NCBI GenBank assembly: GCA_004022145.1
Contig: RCNU01000008.1
Length of the DNA stretch: 64,000 bases
From: Paecilomyces variotii
Taxonomy: Eukaryota
Reading direction: 5' to 3' (one strand)
Shown here: positions 1 to 15,069 of the stretch, one piece after another
Layout: the number at the start of each line of letters is the position of its first letter
Numbering within the stretch: position 1 is the stretch's first letter
Position numbers and translations under genes: made by a program
The notes under the pieces: generated by a model
Database searches by the model: none
What the model saw: the letters and a program-made list of their open reading frames with translations, nothing else
What the model was told of the DNA's origin: nothing

Positions 1-2464
1 ACCAGCTGCACGGAATCTTTGATGAGATTGGAATAGCACACCATGAAAGGGAGTCACGAGAGACGGAGGTTTGTTGCACCTGTCGCATTCGATATACAAA
101 AGCAGAATGCTTATATTCCGTGATATAGCTGTTTGCAGCTCTGTCTGATACACTGCACAATCACCTCCGAATCGTCAACAAGTGAGTTTGTCCCCGTAAC
201 ATGAGCCCTGCATGTTACAGTCTGTTGACACTGGCCTACAGTGAGAAAACTGAAATGGTGGAGGAAGCGCAACGCCTGATTAAAGCAATAAAACAAATGG
301 AATCATCTCTGGAGGATGAGAGAGCAAGTGGACGCTACAGCCTGGACGATTGCGACCTGCGCATCTCTTATCCGCTGAACAAGTGTCTGGCCACTCTCAA
401 AGAGAAGTATAACGCAGTCAGTAAGCTTCACCGGGAGCGCTTTGAACAAGTCAAAAGTGAGTGTTCGTCTGAAATTGATAGAGCAAGAGACAGTGTATCT
501 AACTATGTCCAGAGCTTGTCGAAGCCCTCGAATCCTACTCTTCTCACCTTGAGTCGTCCTTTGTGTCGATCCCACTACCCCCAACGGCACCCGGGTCCTC
601 TGTTCCTCCTAGTTTCGATCTCTCGCCATCATATGTTACCACTTTGGACGCTGAGTTCTCGAGAGTTTACGAGGAATATACCCGTCGCGTCAACCTCGTC
701 ACTGCCATGTGCGAGGAAATTATAAAACTGTGGGCAGAACTCGGAACTCCGCAGGCGCAGACTGATTCTACCATTGTAAAATACTATCGCGATGCTCCCG
801 AACAATTGGGGCTGCATGAGTCAGACCTCGCTAGTCTGAGAGCACGACGTGAGAAGTTGTTGGAAGAGAGGAAGGGTCGTGAACGGAAGCTCAAAGACCT
901 GAGAACTGCCGTGGAAGGGCTTTGGGACCGCCTGGGAGTGGAAGAGCGTGACCGCAAGGGCTTTCTTGCGGCCAATCGTGGATGCGGTCTACGGACCATC
1001 AATGAGTTTGAGGAAGAGCTGGCTCGTCTGAACGAACTCAAGAGGCAAAACTTGCATCTCTTTGTCGAGGATGCGCGCTGCAGACTGCAGGAGCTCTGGG
1101 ACGCCCTGTATTACTCGGAAGAAGAGATGCTGGATTTCATACCCGCGTTCTCTGACGTCTACAGTGACGCTCTGCTGGAAGCGCACGAAGCAGAAATTAC
1201 CCGATTGGAAGCACTGATGGAGCAGCGTGCCCCGACTCTCCAACTCATACAGAAACACCGTGATCTGATAGCGGATCGGGAGGAACTGGAAGCCTCTAGC
1301 CAGGATGCGTCTCGTCTCATGGCCCGCGGTAACAAGGGAGAGAGGCGTGACCCTGGAAAACTTCTCAGGGAAGAGAAGATGAGAAAGAGGATCGCCAAAG
1401 AGCTACCCAAGGTCGAAGCAGAACTGAGGAAAGCTCTGGAGAAATGGGAAGACGAGTATGGACGACCTTTCCTTGTTCATGGCGAGCGATACCTGGATGA
1501 ACTCAGCGTGCCTGCTGCCAAACCTCCGCCACGATCCAAGACTCCCTCTTCAGCTCCCAACTTCAAATCAAGCACCATGAGCACGGCGAGTAGCACAAGG
1601 CAACCTCCATCTGTTAGAGGAGGTGGTGGCTCTATGAGAGGGCCTCCTCCACGCTCAGCTACCAAGACTCCAACTGGGGCTGGTTCTATGAGACGGAACC
1701 CACCTGCCGGGTTGACAATGTCGTCAGCTTCTGCAAAGTCGCCATCGAAGATCCCTGCCCGTGTGCCACTTGGTAACATGCCGCATGGCAACAACTCCGG
1801 GGACCGCCGTCCACCAGCCAGCTCATTCTCTGCTAGCCTCAACCGCAGCAAGATGCCTCCCCCTCGTGCTCCGCCGCCAAAGATGCGAGATCTAGCTGCC
1901 GAGCCTAGGGAACAGAGCTATCCTATGGAGCCACCACCCCGTTCTGCAAGCGCCATGTCCGGCGCCTTTGTGCGACCTGTCAGTCCTGAGGACGTGTATG
2001 ATGACCGCTATCAGCGATCTTATTTCAACACCTCTTTTATGTCACACAAGAGCAGCGGAATGAACCGTTCAGTGCAATCCATTCAATCTGTCTCCAGCAG
2101 GGATGCGGGCTATCCCGCGGAAAATCCCTATTTGCAGTACCAGGCACCTGCTCCACCTAACAGGCAGACCTCGAATTCATCCTCGACCCCGACTGTGACA
2201 TCGGGTTCGGAGAATTGGGAGACGTACGACGATGACACGTCGGAGCCCGAAGCTGATGCAAGTGATGTCTATTACGCCAAGTTGAGGGCTGCCAACAGCA
2301 AGCGATTTGCCCCCGATGACTGCCAGAATCTATCTATGATAGGCAAAAAGGCTAAAGGCATCAGAGGCGTGGGGCAAGAGGAAAGACTAGTTGAAGAAGA
2401 CGGACACCTCGTTAGAATCGAGGGCAGCGACGCCGGGTGGACGGATGATATGGAGACTTATTAA
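1..2464 (+). CDS. ase1: Ase1/PRC1/MAP65 microtubule-bundling protein (5' end lies outside the window); introns ~69-128, 182-241, 457-512
   Basis: Long coiled-coil ORF with MAP65-type motifs (RLQELWDALYYS, DASRLMARG, LLREEKMRKRIAKELPK, FLVHGERY) and a Pro/Ser-rich tail; canonical GT..AG introns join the upstream exons in frame. Confidence 0.9.
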
Positions 2465-3480
2465 AAAAATACTTCTTTTTCTTGCTAATACTTTTCTTTT
2501 GGCGCTTCGGATTCCTTGGGAAGGAAGGAGTTATGGAGCTTCCTGGATGGCCACGAGCTCACGATTCCACGATTGACTTGCTCTACGTTTCTCAGTCGAT
2601 CTTGGCACTCTTCCTTTCTGGCGTTGGTTCCCAGTCCGTTAATACCAGCAGGCACCGCGCGCGTTTGTGTCTGTGGCGCTTTCTATTCTCTGTCAACGAT
2701 ACTTCGGATTGTTATACTGTGATTGAAATGTTTCGACTTTCGTCTGTGAATTTTAACCCTTGGATGGCTTTCTTTTCCCCAGCTAATCTCGTCTTGTGCA
2801 TACTCCCTATTTCGCGGTCGGTTTTTATTTGGAACAGGAATACGGCGGTGGGTTTGCGTGGTGGTTGGTATCATGCATATGGGTCTTCTCGTTTCTTTTC
2901 TGTTTGCGTTTCACCTCTCGGTGCCTTGATTTCTGTTGTTCTTCAGCTAGGTGTGATTGCACCTCGTCGTCAGTTCTGCTTGGCGTATGCACAAGCTAAG
3001 GGCCAATAACATACCCTAATTGTCCTCTCTGCTTGTATAATACTGCCTTGCCAAAACTCGTTCTCGTTTTCGTCCTGGAAAGGACTATGATATGTTTCTG
3101 GTTGCGTTTGCTTAGCGTCTTTTTTTGCAGTTCAAGCAAGCCAGCATGCTATATTTTGTTCGTGTACGCGATTTAACGAAGCTATAGTTTTTGCTATTCA
3201 AAATGTTTGATTTTATCTATAAGACATCCTGGACACTTCTCGTAGTCTTATTCTGCTGTTTGTAGAAGTAGCCATCATTATTTCTGGAGAAATAGTAAGA
3301 GAATTATGAAGTTAAACATATGTCATTGAAAAAAAGGAAGTATAGTATATAGTACAAGATTTTTCCAGTTGATTCATCTATAATAATAATACAGAGAGAA
3401 GATCTGTAGCCCTATCATATCATTTCACTTTCTGTCTCTTTTTCTTCTTCCTTCTTTTTTCCCTTCAAATCCTGATCTCG

Positions 3481-5752
<2,272 letters not shown>

Positions 5753-6011
5753 CTAGTCCGGAAACAATAATCTTTTTGCGGAGGTCGGAAGACCCGCAAA
5801 GGAAACTCCGCCGCAAGTCATCTGAAATTTCGCGGGCCGCAGCATCCAAAAAAGTTCCAACTGTTTGGAGTCATTCCACGCCTGTGTTTTCCCCGTGCTT
5901 TTTTAGGCCTTTCTGCGGGGATAAACGAGTTTTTCTCTAGTCTGATCACAGATCTTTAGTTGCTACTCCCTGCGATCCGAAAAGGGCGATTCAACGCCTT
6001 GGAAATACCCA

Positions 6012-7557
6012 AGTATGTCAGCCATAACTTATGATATCGCCTGATGCGCGACGCGTTTTCTGACTTCTTTTTGCAATAGTGGCGGAAGTTGAAATCGACC
6101 TCTATGGTACGCCATCGGACCGGCTGTTTGTTTTGTGCAGGTTATTGACAGTTGGCAGAGGTCTTGGAGATAGAGCGAAATGCGTCCAAGGAGGAAATTC
6201 GCAAGGCCTATCGCAAGGTACGGGATATATCATCTATGGGAAAATAAAACGGGGTAACTTACACGTTATGCGTAAGGCCGCTCTAGGAAGTCATCCCGAC
6301 AAGGTGCCAGAAGAGGAGCGTGAGGCTGCAGAAGTCAAATTCAAAATGGTGCAACAAGCCTACGATATTCTCTATGATGAGGAGAAGCGACACCTCTATG
6401 ACACTCATGGAATGGGCGCTTTCAACGGATCAGGAGACCCCGGAATGGGTGCAGGACCCGACTTGGACGATATCCTCGCACAGATGTTTGGTGGCATGGG
6501 CGGTATGGGCGGCATGCCCGGAGGTGCCCGTCCCAAAAAGCCTAGAAGGAGTCCGAATGAAGAGCAGAAATACGAGGTCAGCTTGGAAGATCTGTACAAG
6601 GGCAGGACCGTCAAGTTCGCCAGCACGAAGAACGTCATTTGCAGCCTCTGCAAGGGCAAGGGAGGCAAAGAGAAGGCGCAGGCCAAGAAGTGCTCAACCT
6701 GTGACGGACAAGGTAAGATGGTATTTCCATTTGAGCGTACGAGCTTCATATACTAAATACTATCCCCGGCAGGTTTCAAGGAAGTACTCACCCGCATGGG
6801 TCCTTACTTGACTCAACAGACCGTGGCATGTTCTGTGTGCAAGGGCGATGGAAGCTTTTTCAGCCCGAAGGACAAGTGCAAGAAGTGCAAGGGGGAGAAG
6901 GTGACTGAGGAGAAGAAAATGCTGGAGATTTATATTCCCCGGGGTGCAAAGTGAGTTTTGAAGGAAACAACGCCCACATCATTCAGATAACTAACTGCTT
7001 GCAGGGAAGGAGATAAGATCGTCCTGGAAGGCGAAGCGGATCAGGTCCCTGGTCAGGAACCTGGCGATATCGTCTTCCATATCGCTGAGATAGAACACCC
7101 CACGTTCAGACGAGCTGGTGCGGACCTGACGGCGACTCTCGACATCACGCTCGCAGAGGCCCTGGCCGGCTTCTCCCGCGTTGTAGTGAAACACCTTGAT
7201 GGGCGCGGCATCGAGATCACTCATCCCAAGAAGCCAGGTCAGGTTCTTCACCCCGACCAAGTCCTGAAGATTCCTGGTGAAGGCATGCCACACAAACGCA
7301 GCGACGCTCGCGGCGACTTGTACCTGGTAGTCAACGTCAAGTTCCCCGACGAGAAGTGGACACCCAGCCCCGCTGAGCTGGAGAAGCTCAGAGAGATCCT
7401 GCCCAAGCCGGAACCGCCCATCCAGACAGACGTCGTTGACGAAGTCGAATACGACCCTCAGGGCGACCTGGAAGATTTCGGAGCCAACGACCCCCGCGGC
7501 GGCTCTGGCTGGGAGGATGAAGACGATGATGAGCCAGCGCAGTGCGCTGCGCAATAG
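6012..7557 (+). CDS. Type I DnaJ/Hsp40 co-chaperone (Ydj1/Mas5/Xdj1-like); introns ~6013-6079, 6107-6158, 6218-6276 and two more downstream
   Basis: J-domain HPD, G/F-rich region, four CxxCxGxG-type zinc motifs ([32 protein letters not shown]), C-terminal CaaX box CAAQ. Confidence 0.93.
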
Positions 7558-8234
7558 ACTTGCCGTTTTGAAGTTCTATTCGCGTAGATGATACACCCTC
7601 TTGGCCACTTTGTGCTAGCATTGGATAGGCGTTCCGGGGCTCTTTCTCTGTTCTTCTCTCTTTGATTGCTATGCTGAAATGAAATCTAGTTTGTTCCCGT
7701 ATTGCTTTGAGGGATTTTGGGGAAGAAGAAGATGATGATACTCTCGTCGCAGAATAGATACACTCTTTGGTTGATAGCCGAGAAGGAAAAAGAGATGGGC
7801 CTTCATGACGTTTCAGGATAGGATTGAAGTAGAAATGCATTGCTTATATTTTTCATACTTCTAAAACACATTTGATCTCGAGCGTATGTTCTTCCCCTTG
7901 TATCAGATGATGGAGAGCTCGTCTACTGAACAAAGTGTATGCTATGAATGAGTAAAGCTTTACAAGCTTTCTAAGTTTCCGGACAATCCGTGTATGTTTT
8001 GGAAAAGTACTAGCCTAATAGATCTATAAAAACTGTTGAGTATGTGGCGTATACTGGTTTCATTGTTTCTTTTTTCCCCCCTGAAGTGCTGAAAGCCGCT
8101 ATTGTATTGCTCTAGGGCAGACGACGAGCAAGATTATCTATTGAGGAAGGTTGAGGGAAGGAACCATGGCCATCTAATACTTTAATTCAGCAGAAAGACC
8201 AGAGATATGATTCGATCCAGTCTGATGGTGATCA

Positions 8235-8482
8235 GTGGGGGTCAATCCCCAATTATTGCATAAGAGTGAGACTGAAAAGTTCTGCCTTTCTAGCTGCATA
8301 TCACCAGTTGTGTCCCCGCAAATCATAGCATTTCGCAAGATTTCCCCAGGGCGTCCCTTGAAACGATCAATCTTGCACTTAAGTACGACTTGTGAAGCGA
8401 AGTAGAGGTTTGCAGAACCGTCCTGTTGGGAGAGATGTGATAACTATGCAGTATGTAGTTAGATAATAATGATATACCCCGC
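8235..8482. promoter_or_regulatory. Cluster of candidate CreA (SYGGRG) carbon-catabolite repression sites upstream of the dehydratase
   Basis: GTGGGG 8235-8240, CCCCGC 8314-8319, CCCCAG 8344-8349, CCCCGC 8477-8482; short motif, so function is inferred. Confidence 0.3.
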
Positions 8483-9037
8483 ATTAAACGAATGAGATCT
8501 CCATATGTTTGTAGTTGCGGGCCGCACCGTCGCTCTATTAGGACTCAGGAGAAACGATGACTAGTATAGGTTTTGCCATAGAAGGCATCCTTGTTATTTC
8601 TTTGAGGAATATCACGATGAAGCAGTTCCGTGATAACCTTCGGTGTTTCTCATCGTCTGAAATGCCCGTCGGAGCTCGGCAGGGGCCGAATTCAAGCCGG
8701 AGATCATCGTCCCTAACACGGAGGATCTCCGTGCAAATCGGCAGCCAGAGAAAATCAACTAGAAGCAACCCCCTCGCCTCTTGAGTCAGCAAAGATCTGA
8801 GGCCGTTTATTGATTGTTGCTTTCCTGCCAAGCAGCCGAGATTCGTGGAACGAGGAAGTCGGGCTGCGGCCCGATTGTAACCCCTTCAAGAGCATAAGTA
8901 TCGGTCGAATATGGCAGTGGCACGCAATAATCGCTGGTGAGTCATGTGCTATTTATTACAATGTGAATATCCCGCCTTAGAATGTTTTGGTTTTGATATC
9001 TTCCAGAACAGATCATCATCCGCTATCTTCTATCGAA

Positions 9038-11130
9038 ATGTCGTGCGGGTCTAGACAGTCCTGTGCAGGCTGCTCCTGCGATGGCAACGGGAAACAGGTC
9101 CCGGCCGATATTGAAGACTGCCAAGCAGAGCTCCAGGCTCTACGAGAAAAGACCAAGCAGCTGGAGAGCAAATTAGCATCATTGACTGGTGCTGCTGCTT
9201 CGAAACGCTCCGCTAGCCAGTCGAGCCCCCTGCGATCATCTAGATGGTTCAATAACGAGAGTAATCCTGGCATGACGGCTTTGTATGTCGAACGATATCT
9301 CAATTATGGCTTGACACGCGAGGAGCTGATGTCCGGAAAGCCGGTCATTGGGATCGCCCAGACTGGTTCTGACCTGTCTCCATGCAATCGCCATCATCTG
9401 GAGTTGGCAAAGCGTGTGCGGGAGGGAATCCGGTCAGCGGGCGGAATCGCCTTCGAATTCCCAACACATCCGATACAGGAGAGCGGCAAGAGACCGACCG
9501 CATGTCTTGATAGGAATCTAGCATACTTGAGTCTTGTCGAGGTCCTCTATGGATATCCCCTGGATGGTGTTGTGCTCCTTACAGGGTGCGATAAGACCAC
9601 ACCAGCATGTTTGATGGCTGCGGCTACGGTGGTGGGTGGTATTCCATTCATACATATACTCCCCCAGCATAGATAACTAATTCTCTCACAGAATATACCA
9701 GCAATATGTCTTAATGTCGGTCCAATGCTGAATGGATATCATAAAAACGAATTGGTAGGCTCTGGGTCGATAGTTTGGAAAGCTCGAGAACTCTACGCTG
9801 CGGGCGAAATCGACAAGGAGGAGTTCATGGATCTGGTATCGAGAGGGTAAGAAAGAGACCCGATCAGCTGTCCTTATCGTCTAGGACGATTGTGGTTTCT
9901 GACAATCCATCCAGCGCTCCGTCCGTTGGTCATTGTAATACAATGGGCACAGCGATGACTATGAACTCTCTTGCAGAGGCACTCGGAATGGCGCTTCCAG
10001 GCTCTGCTGCCATTCCCGCTCCGTACCGAGAGCGAGGTCATTGTGCTTATGAGACTGGCCTACAGATCGTCGAGATGGTCCGTGAGGACCGGAAACCTAG
10101 CGATATCATGACACGGGAGGCATTTGAAAATGCAATTGTTGTAAATACCGCCATTGGTGGCAGTACGAATGCCCCAATCCACATTAACGCCATCGCTAAG
10201 CACGTCGGCGTCGAAGTCACCCTGGAGGACTGGGACAAGATCGGGTTCGACATCCCTCTTCTTGTCAACCTGCTACCAGCTGGAGAACGGCTTGGTGAGG
10301 AGTATTTCCGAGCAGGTGGTGTTCCGGCCGTCATGGCTGAGCTTTTAGATGCTGGAAAGCTAAACCCTGATGTTCTTACCTGCAATGGACGGTCCATGAG
10401 GGAAAACGTTCGAGGACAGAATTCCTGGGATCGAGATACCATCAGACCGTATACTGAACCTGTGATGGAACATGCTGGTTTTGTGCATCTGAAAGGTAGC
10501 CTATTCGATTCCGCCATTATGAAGACGTGCGTTATATCACCTCAATTTCGACAGAGATTCTTAGAGAACCCGCAGGATCCAAATGCATTCGAAGGTGCAG
10601 TCGTTGTCTTTGACGGCCCAGAGGACTATCATCGGCGGATAGAGGACAATGCAACCCCCGTTGACGATTGCACCATTCTCATCATGCGCGGAACTGGTCC
10701 ACTTGGCTATCCTGGCGCTGCTGAGGTAGTCAACATGCATCCTCCTGGCCGCTTGTTGCGGCAAGGAGTGCATTCACTGCCATGCATTGGAGATGGGCGG
10801 CAATCTGGAACTTCAGGGTCACCCTCCATTTTGAACGCTAGCCCTGAAGCCGCGGCTGGTGGTAACCTCGCCGTGCTGCGCGATGGTGACAGGGTTAGAG
10901 TCGACCTCAGCAGACGTCGAGTAGATATTCTCATCAGCCAAGACGAGCTCCAGAAACGAAGAGACGATTTGAGAGCGAAAGGGGGTTATCCAACACCTGA
11001 GAGCCAGACGCCTTGGCAGGAGCTCTTCAGGAAGGAAACCGACCAGCTGTCCGAGGGAATGGTCTTGAGGGAAGCAGTCAAGTACCAACGTGTGGCGCAG
11101 AGATGGCCAGAACCTCGGGATAACCACTAG
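9038..11130 (+). CDS. IlvD/Edd-family [2Fe-2S] dehydratase, sugar-acid (D-xylonate/L-arabonate dehydratase-like) subgroup; 2 introns
   Basis: [52 protein letters not shown] motifs; [25 protein letters not shown] segment typical of the XylD-like clade. Confidence 0.9.
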
Positions 11131-12495
11131 ACTAGTAGTCCGAGAATACTCTACGGTAACACATGATGGGTCGGTAGTCTTCGGTATCTTTTCGAAAGTC
11201 GGTCTGGCTGGTGGCCGGGCCAGCACGGCATGACTTCCAGAAGGCTTCCAAAGGAGCTCAGACTGTAACCAACATAGGGAGTTTCTGTCAGAGTCCTGAC
11301 AATTTTCGACAGATTTTGCAACTTCTGAAACTGAAACGAGCCTAGAACTTCTGCGGCAAGGTAATTCCTGACTTGTCAGCTGCAGGAGGACGATCGGTAT
11401 CCACATATAGTCTTCTGTGTAACTGTCCTTTATTATTATCTTGCATCTGCAGTGCACAGAAAAAGAAAAAGAAAAAAGAGTTAGCAATCACATTCAAGGG
11501 ATTGTCCCGCGTAGTAGTAGTAGTAGTCTACTGCTAGTACAGCGGTGAGGTGCTTGGCTTCCATGGATCAAAGTCTGATTTGACTGTCCGTCCTTTACCC
11601 TGGTGGTGAAATATTTACGGAGTACCAATATATGCACATCATGTTACAATCCATCCAATAGGGGGTTTGGCCTCGGGAGATTGATAAGCCAGCAGGAGAA
11701 CCCCTGGTGACTGGCGCTGGAGTATTATTATGATATTATCATGGTTGTTGTCGCGAACGAGTCGAGATATCACATGTAAGCTGACAAGGACCACGCCCTA
11801 AACACCCGCAGGGATTAGGTATAGCTCGAGTCATGATTATTTCTACCGCGAGGTGACCAAATAACGACGCACAGCATCCACAAAAAGGATCAGCACGGCT
11901 GTGTTCGCGATAGATAGACTAGGGTCGCCGTGGACAACGGGCGAAGAAGGGACAAGCCGACAAGGGCTGAATTGTCTGATCCCCGAAGTGGCGTGTCTCC
12001 ATTCCGATTCGAAACATCAGAGAGACAAAAGGGTCTTGTGGGTTCCACGGTGGATGCCCAAAACATGGCAGTCGACTTGATCACCGCCAGGCCAGCGGTC
12101 ATGAACCAGCGCTCGCTGGAGCGGCTGGGAGTGCCATATTGGTAACTAGTTCGCAGCAGGATGTGGTCAGAGGAATGTTGATGAAAAAATGGTAGTCCAA
12201 AGAAGAAACAAGAGAAGGATTGTCGGAGATGACAATAATAACAGTGATGATGATGATGATGATGATGGACGATCCGTCAAGCGTGGCGTGGACAACAGAC
12301 TAAAACAGTGGGCTCTGTGGCTCGTCCCGCGTGGAAACCGAAGCAGGGTCAGCCCTGAAGACAGTCCGCCGTATAAAATTTTCTGTTTTGTTTTCTACGA
12401 ACGCGCACGCTCCCCGCTGCTAGACCGAAATTATCTACAACCACCAGCTCTCTGGTCTGACCGATCTCTTTCTATTTCTTGTCTCTTCATCCACC

Positions 12496-12561
12496 ATGGC
12501 GCCATCCGTTATCGTCCAGTCAGATCCCCGGCCTGCAGCATGCTCTCGTCGTGATCAATAA
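12496..12561 (+). other. Candidate upstream ORF (MAPSVIVQSDPRPAACSRRDQ*)
   Basis: ATG in ideal CCACCATGG context, 120 nt downstream of TATAAAA (12372), in a pyrimidine-rich leader. Confidence 0.35.
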
Positions 12562-13096
12562 CAGCGGTGCTCAACCTGGTCCGATTTCTGCACTACCTTC
12601 TCTATCTTTCCTGCTTCTCCCATCGACCGATCATTTTCTTGATCCTTGTCTCCGGGGAACATTACCCCGACCTCTGTCCCTTGTGCTATCGACAGCGGTG
12701 AAGTCGATTCCCTCAGAGAGACCGGACTGTCCGCCAGACCGCCCACCAAGCTTAGTGGCGTCTCAAACCCCAGATTCTTATATCAGGAGCTATAAAGCTA
12801 CATCTTGAAGCGATCGATCCTGTCTGGCATCCTCTACACCATCTACAATCGGGATCTTCCTGCCCATTCTTACCACCGCCACTGTTAACTAGCACTCATC
12901 TACTGTGGTTGAATCTTCTCTTGTCACTATGGAGTCTGATCTTTAACACACGGTCTCCTGGGCCCATTTTATCCAAGCAAGGCGCATTCCAGTCCAGCGG
13001 AGTGTGTATCTCGATTGAGCTCTGCAAGCTTTACATATCCCTCGAAGACACTTGATCCATCGGAACAGTTCCCTACAGACATCGGCACTTTCCACT

Positions 13097-13600
13097 ATGG
13101 CACCAAACCTTTACCTCTGCCTTCGGACTCTTTTCTGTCCGCAATATTGGTTTCAGAGAGGCGACCGTATCAACGGCGCTATCAGCGTCGACGAACACTG
13201 GAGTTCTCCAGTTCCCGGAACCTACAGATATATACCCGGCCGTGGCTGGCATCTCATCCGTCGGGACGATGCTACCTGTGACGAGAAATCGCCGCAGCCT
13301 ACAGTCTACTGCCGCATAATCCACCGTTACCTCCTGGAATCGGAAATGGAGGAAAGATGCCGCTGGCATACAGTCACCCGCACCGAGGGAGGAAAGCAAG
13401 AGCGGTTCCTTTTCTTCCTCCTCGATGACGGTTATACCTGGGTTGCCGGATGGGACCACAAAGGCAGATTTATCCCTGGCCCCTACCGAAAATGGTGTTT
13501 CGACAAGGAGTCAATGAAGATGCGACGCATGAAGACTTCTGAAAGTGCTCCATCCTCGCGAAGTGTGAGCAGGACGAACAGTCTTATGATGATGGAATGA
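13097..13600 (+). CDS. Hypothetical protein, 167 aa, Trp/Cys/Arg-rich, intronless
   Basis: Clean ORF from ATG in CACTATGG context (MAPNLYLCLRTLFCPQYWF...), with repeated YIPGRGW/FIPGPY motifs; no recognisable domain. Confidence 0.7.
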   Translation: MAPNLYLCLRTLFCPQYWFQRGDRINGAISVDEHWSSPVPGTYRYIPGRGWHLIRRDDATCDEKSPQPTVYCRIIHRYLLESEMEERCRWHTVTRTEGGKQERFLFFLLDDGYTWVAGWDHKGRFIPGPYRKWCFDKESMKMRRMKTSESAPSSRSVSRTNSLMMME

Positions 13601-14227
13601 TGAGCTGCCCTTATATATTCGACTACCCGGATTGTGTTCAGATCTTGCTATCCGACCGTTCCTACATCCACTACGAAGTGCCATTGGAGAAATCATGCAA
13701 CTCTTCGCGATGCCTTTGCAGACCAAAGGCAAAATGTCAACAATAAAACAAAAATGTATTAATGCTGCGATGAACTGGATATGTCCACGGAAGGAGCGGG
13801 CGCCTATTTGTGATATTTTGTTCGAGCACGATATCTTCCTACCAACTGTGGCACTGTGTTATTGACTTGTGAACTTGATCAGTTTACTTTTTTCGGGTGA
13901 GGATTTCGGTGTGATCTGGGTTCGGTGTTCTAGCGATATTTCTTATAATGATCTGGACATCTCACCATAAAATGATTGGATACTGGGTTTTGCTTTACAT
14001 CTGCAATAGAAAAGCCAGCGAGGAGTGATGGCGAGGGACATGTGCTAGTTAACTGGATAGAATTTTGTGTCTGCGATTTTACTTATGCTATATTAGAGAA
14101 TACATCAAGCATGGATCTGCATTTCTTTTATCCAATCTCTTAACTGCACTATGTAATATGCAAGTATCACACTACCTTATTAGTATGCAGCGCACGTCAT
14201 GCCGACTCCCTACCACCCCCGAAATCC

Positions 14228-14956
14228 TCACAGCTTGGACCCCCTGCCATCTCCAACCACCAACTTCTCCAACCCCTTCCGAATCCTCTCATCCATGCCG
14301 CCTTTCGCCGGCTTCATTCCCTCGTCCACAAACACATGCGTGAACCCACCCACGGCCTTAACGCCCTCCTCTCCCTGCTTAAACACACCCACCTCATACG
14401 TAACGCTAGTTGAACCAAGCTTGACTACACGCAGACACAGATCGAGCACATCCGGAAACGAGACAGAAGCGAAATAGTCGCAGTAAGAGGATACCACGAG
14501 ACCGATGTGGTTCGATGTTGATGGAGATCCAGTAGAGGAGGGAATGTTCTTGTTTTTGAAAGGATTCAGACCGCAATGTGTAATCAAGTACGTGTTGACT
14601 ATGGAGTCGATGAGGAAGGCGTAGATGCTATTATTCAGATGGGCGTACATATCGTTATCGGACCTTAAATAATCATATATTGTCAGCAGGAAGTAAATTT
14701 AATTAATTGCTTCATGATAGTTAGTTAGTTTATATGCCATGCCATTGTTTGGATTCCTTCTTTTTTAATATTTTTTGAGTCTTCATTCTGTTTGAACTTC
14801 TTTTGGTTATGAATGGTAGAAGAGTGGCAAGTCATGTGCGAGAGCTAACCAAGGGAAATTTATACGAACTTACCATCTCGTCCGATACTCCAGATGATAC
14901 GCATAGTCTTTGCGCGTCCGGCGCTTTTTCGCCTGAATGATCTCCGACGGGGCCAT
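14228..14956 (-). CDS. Hotdog-fold acyl-CoA thioesterase (4HBT/YbgC-like); intron 14664-14873
   Basis: Spliced YRTRW|SDNDMYAHLNNSIY motif; LRVVKLGSTSVTYEVGVF; GGFTHVFV. Confidence 0.88.
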
Positions 14957-15069
14957 AATTATTTGATAGATAGGTATGTTGTTATAGGTGCAGTATCCAG
15001 TATTTTCTTAAAAGTCCGAAATAAAAAAAAAATCACAAGAAAGTTAAGAGCCCGCTCAGATCCTATACT

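Noticed and set aside
2482..3009. 175-aa hydrophobic ORF after ase1
   Set aside because: T-rich 3' UTR-like sequence with a non-ATG start
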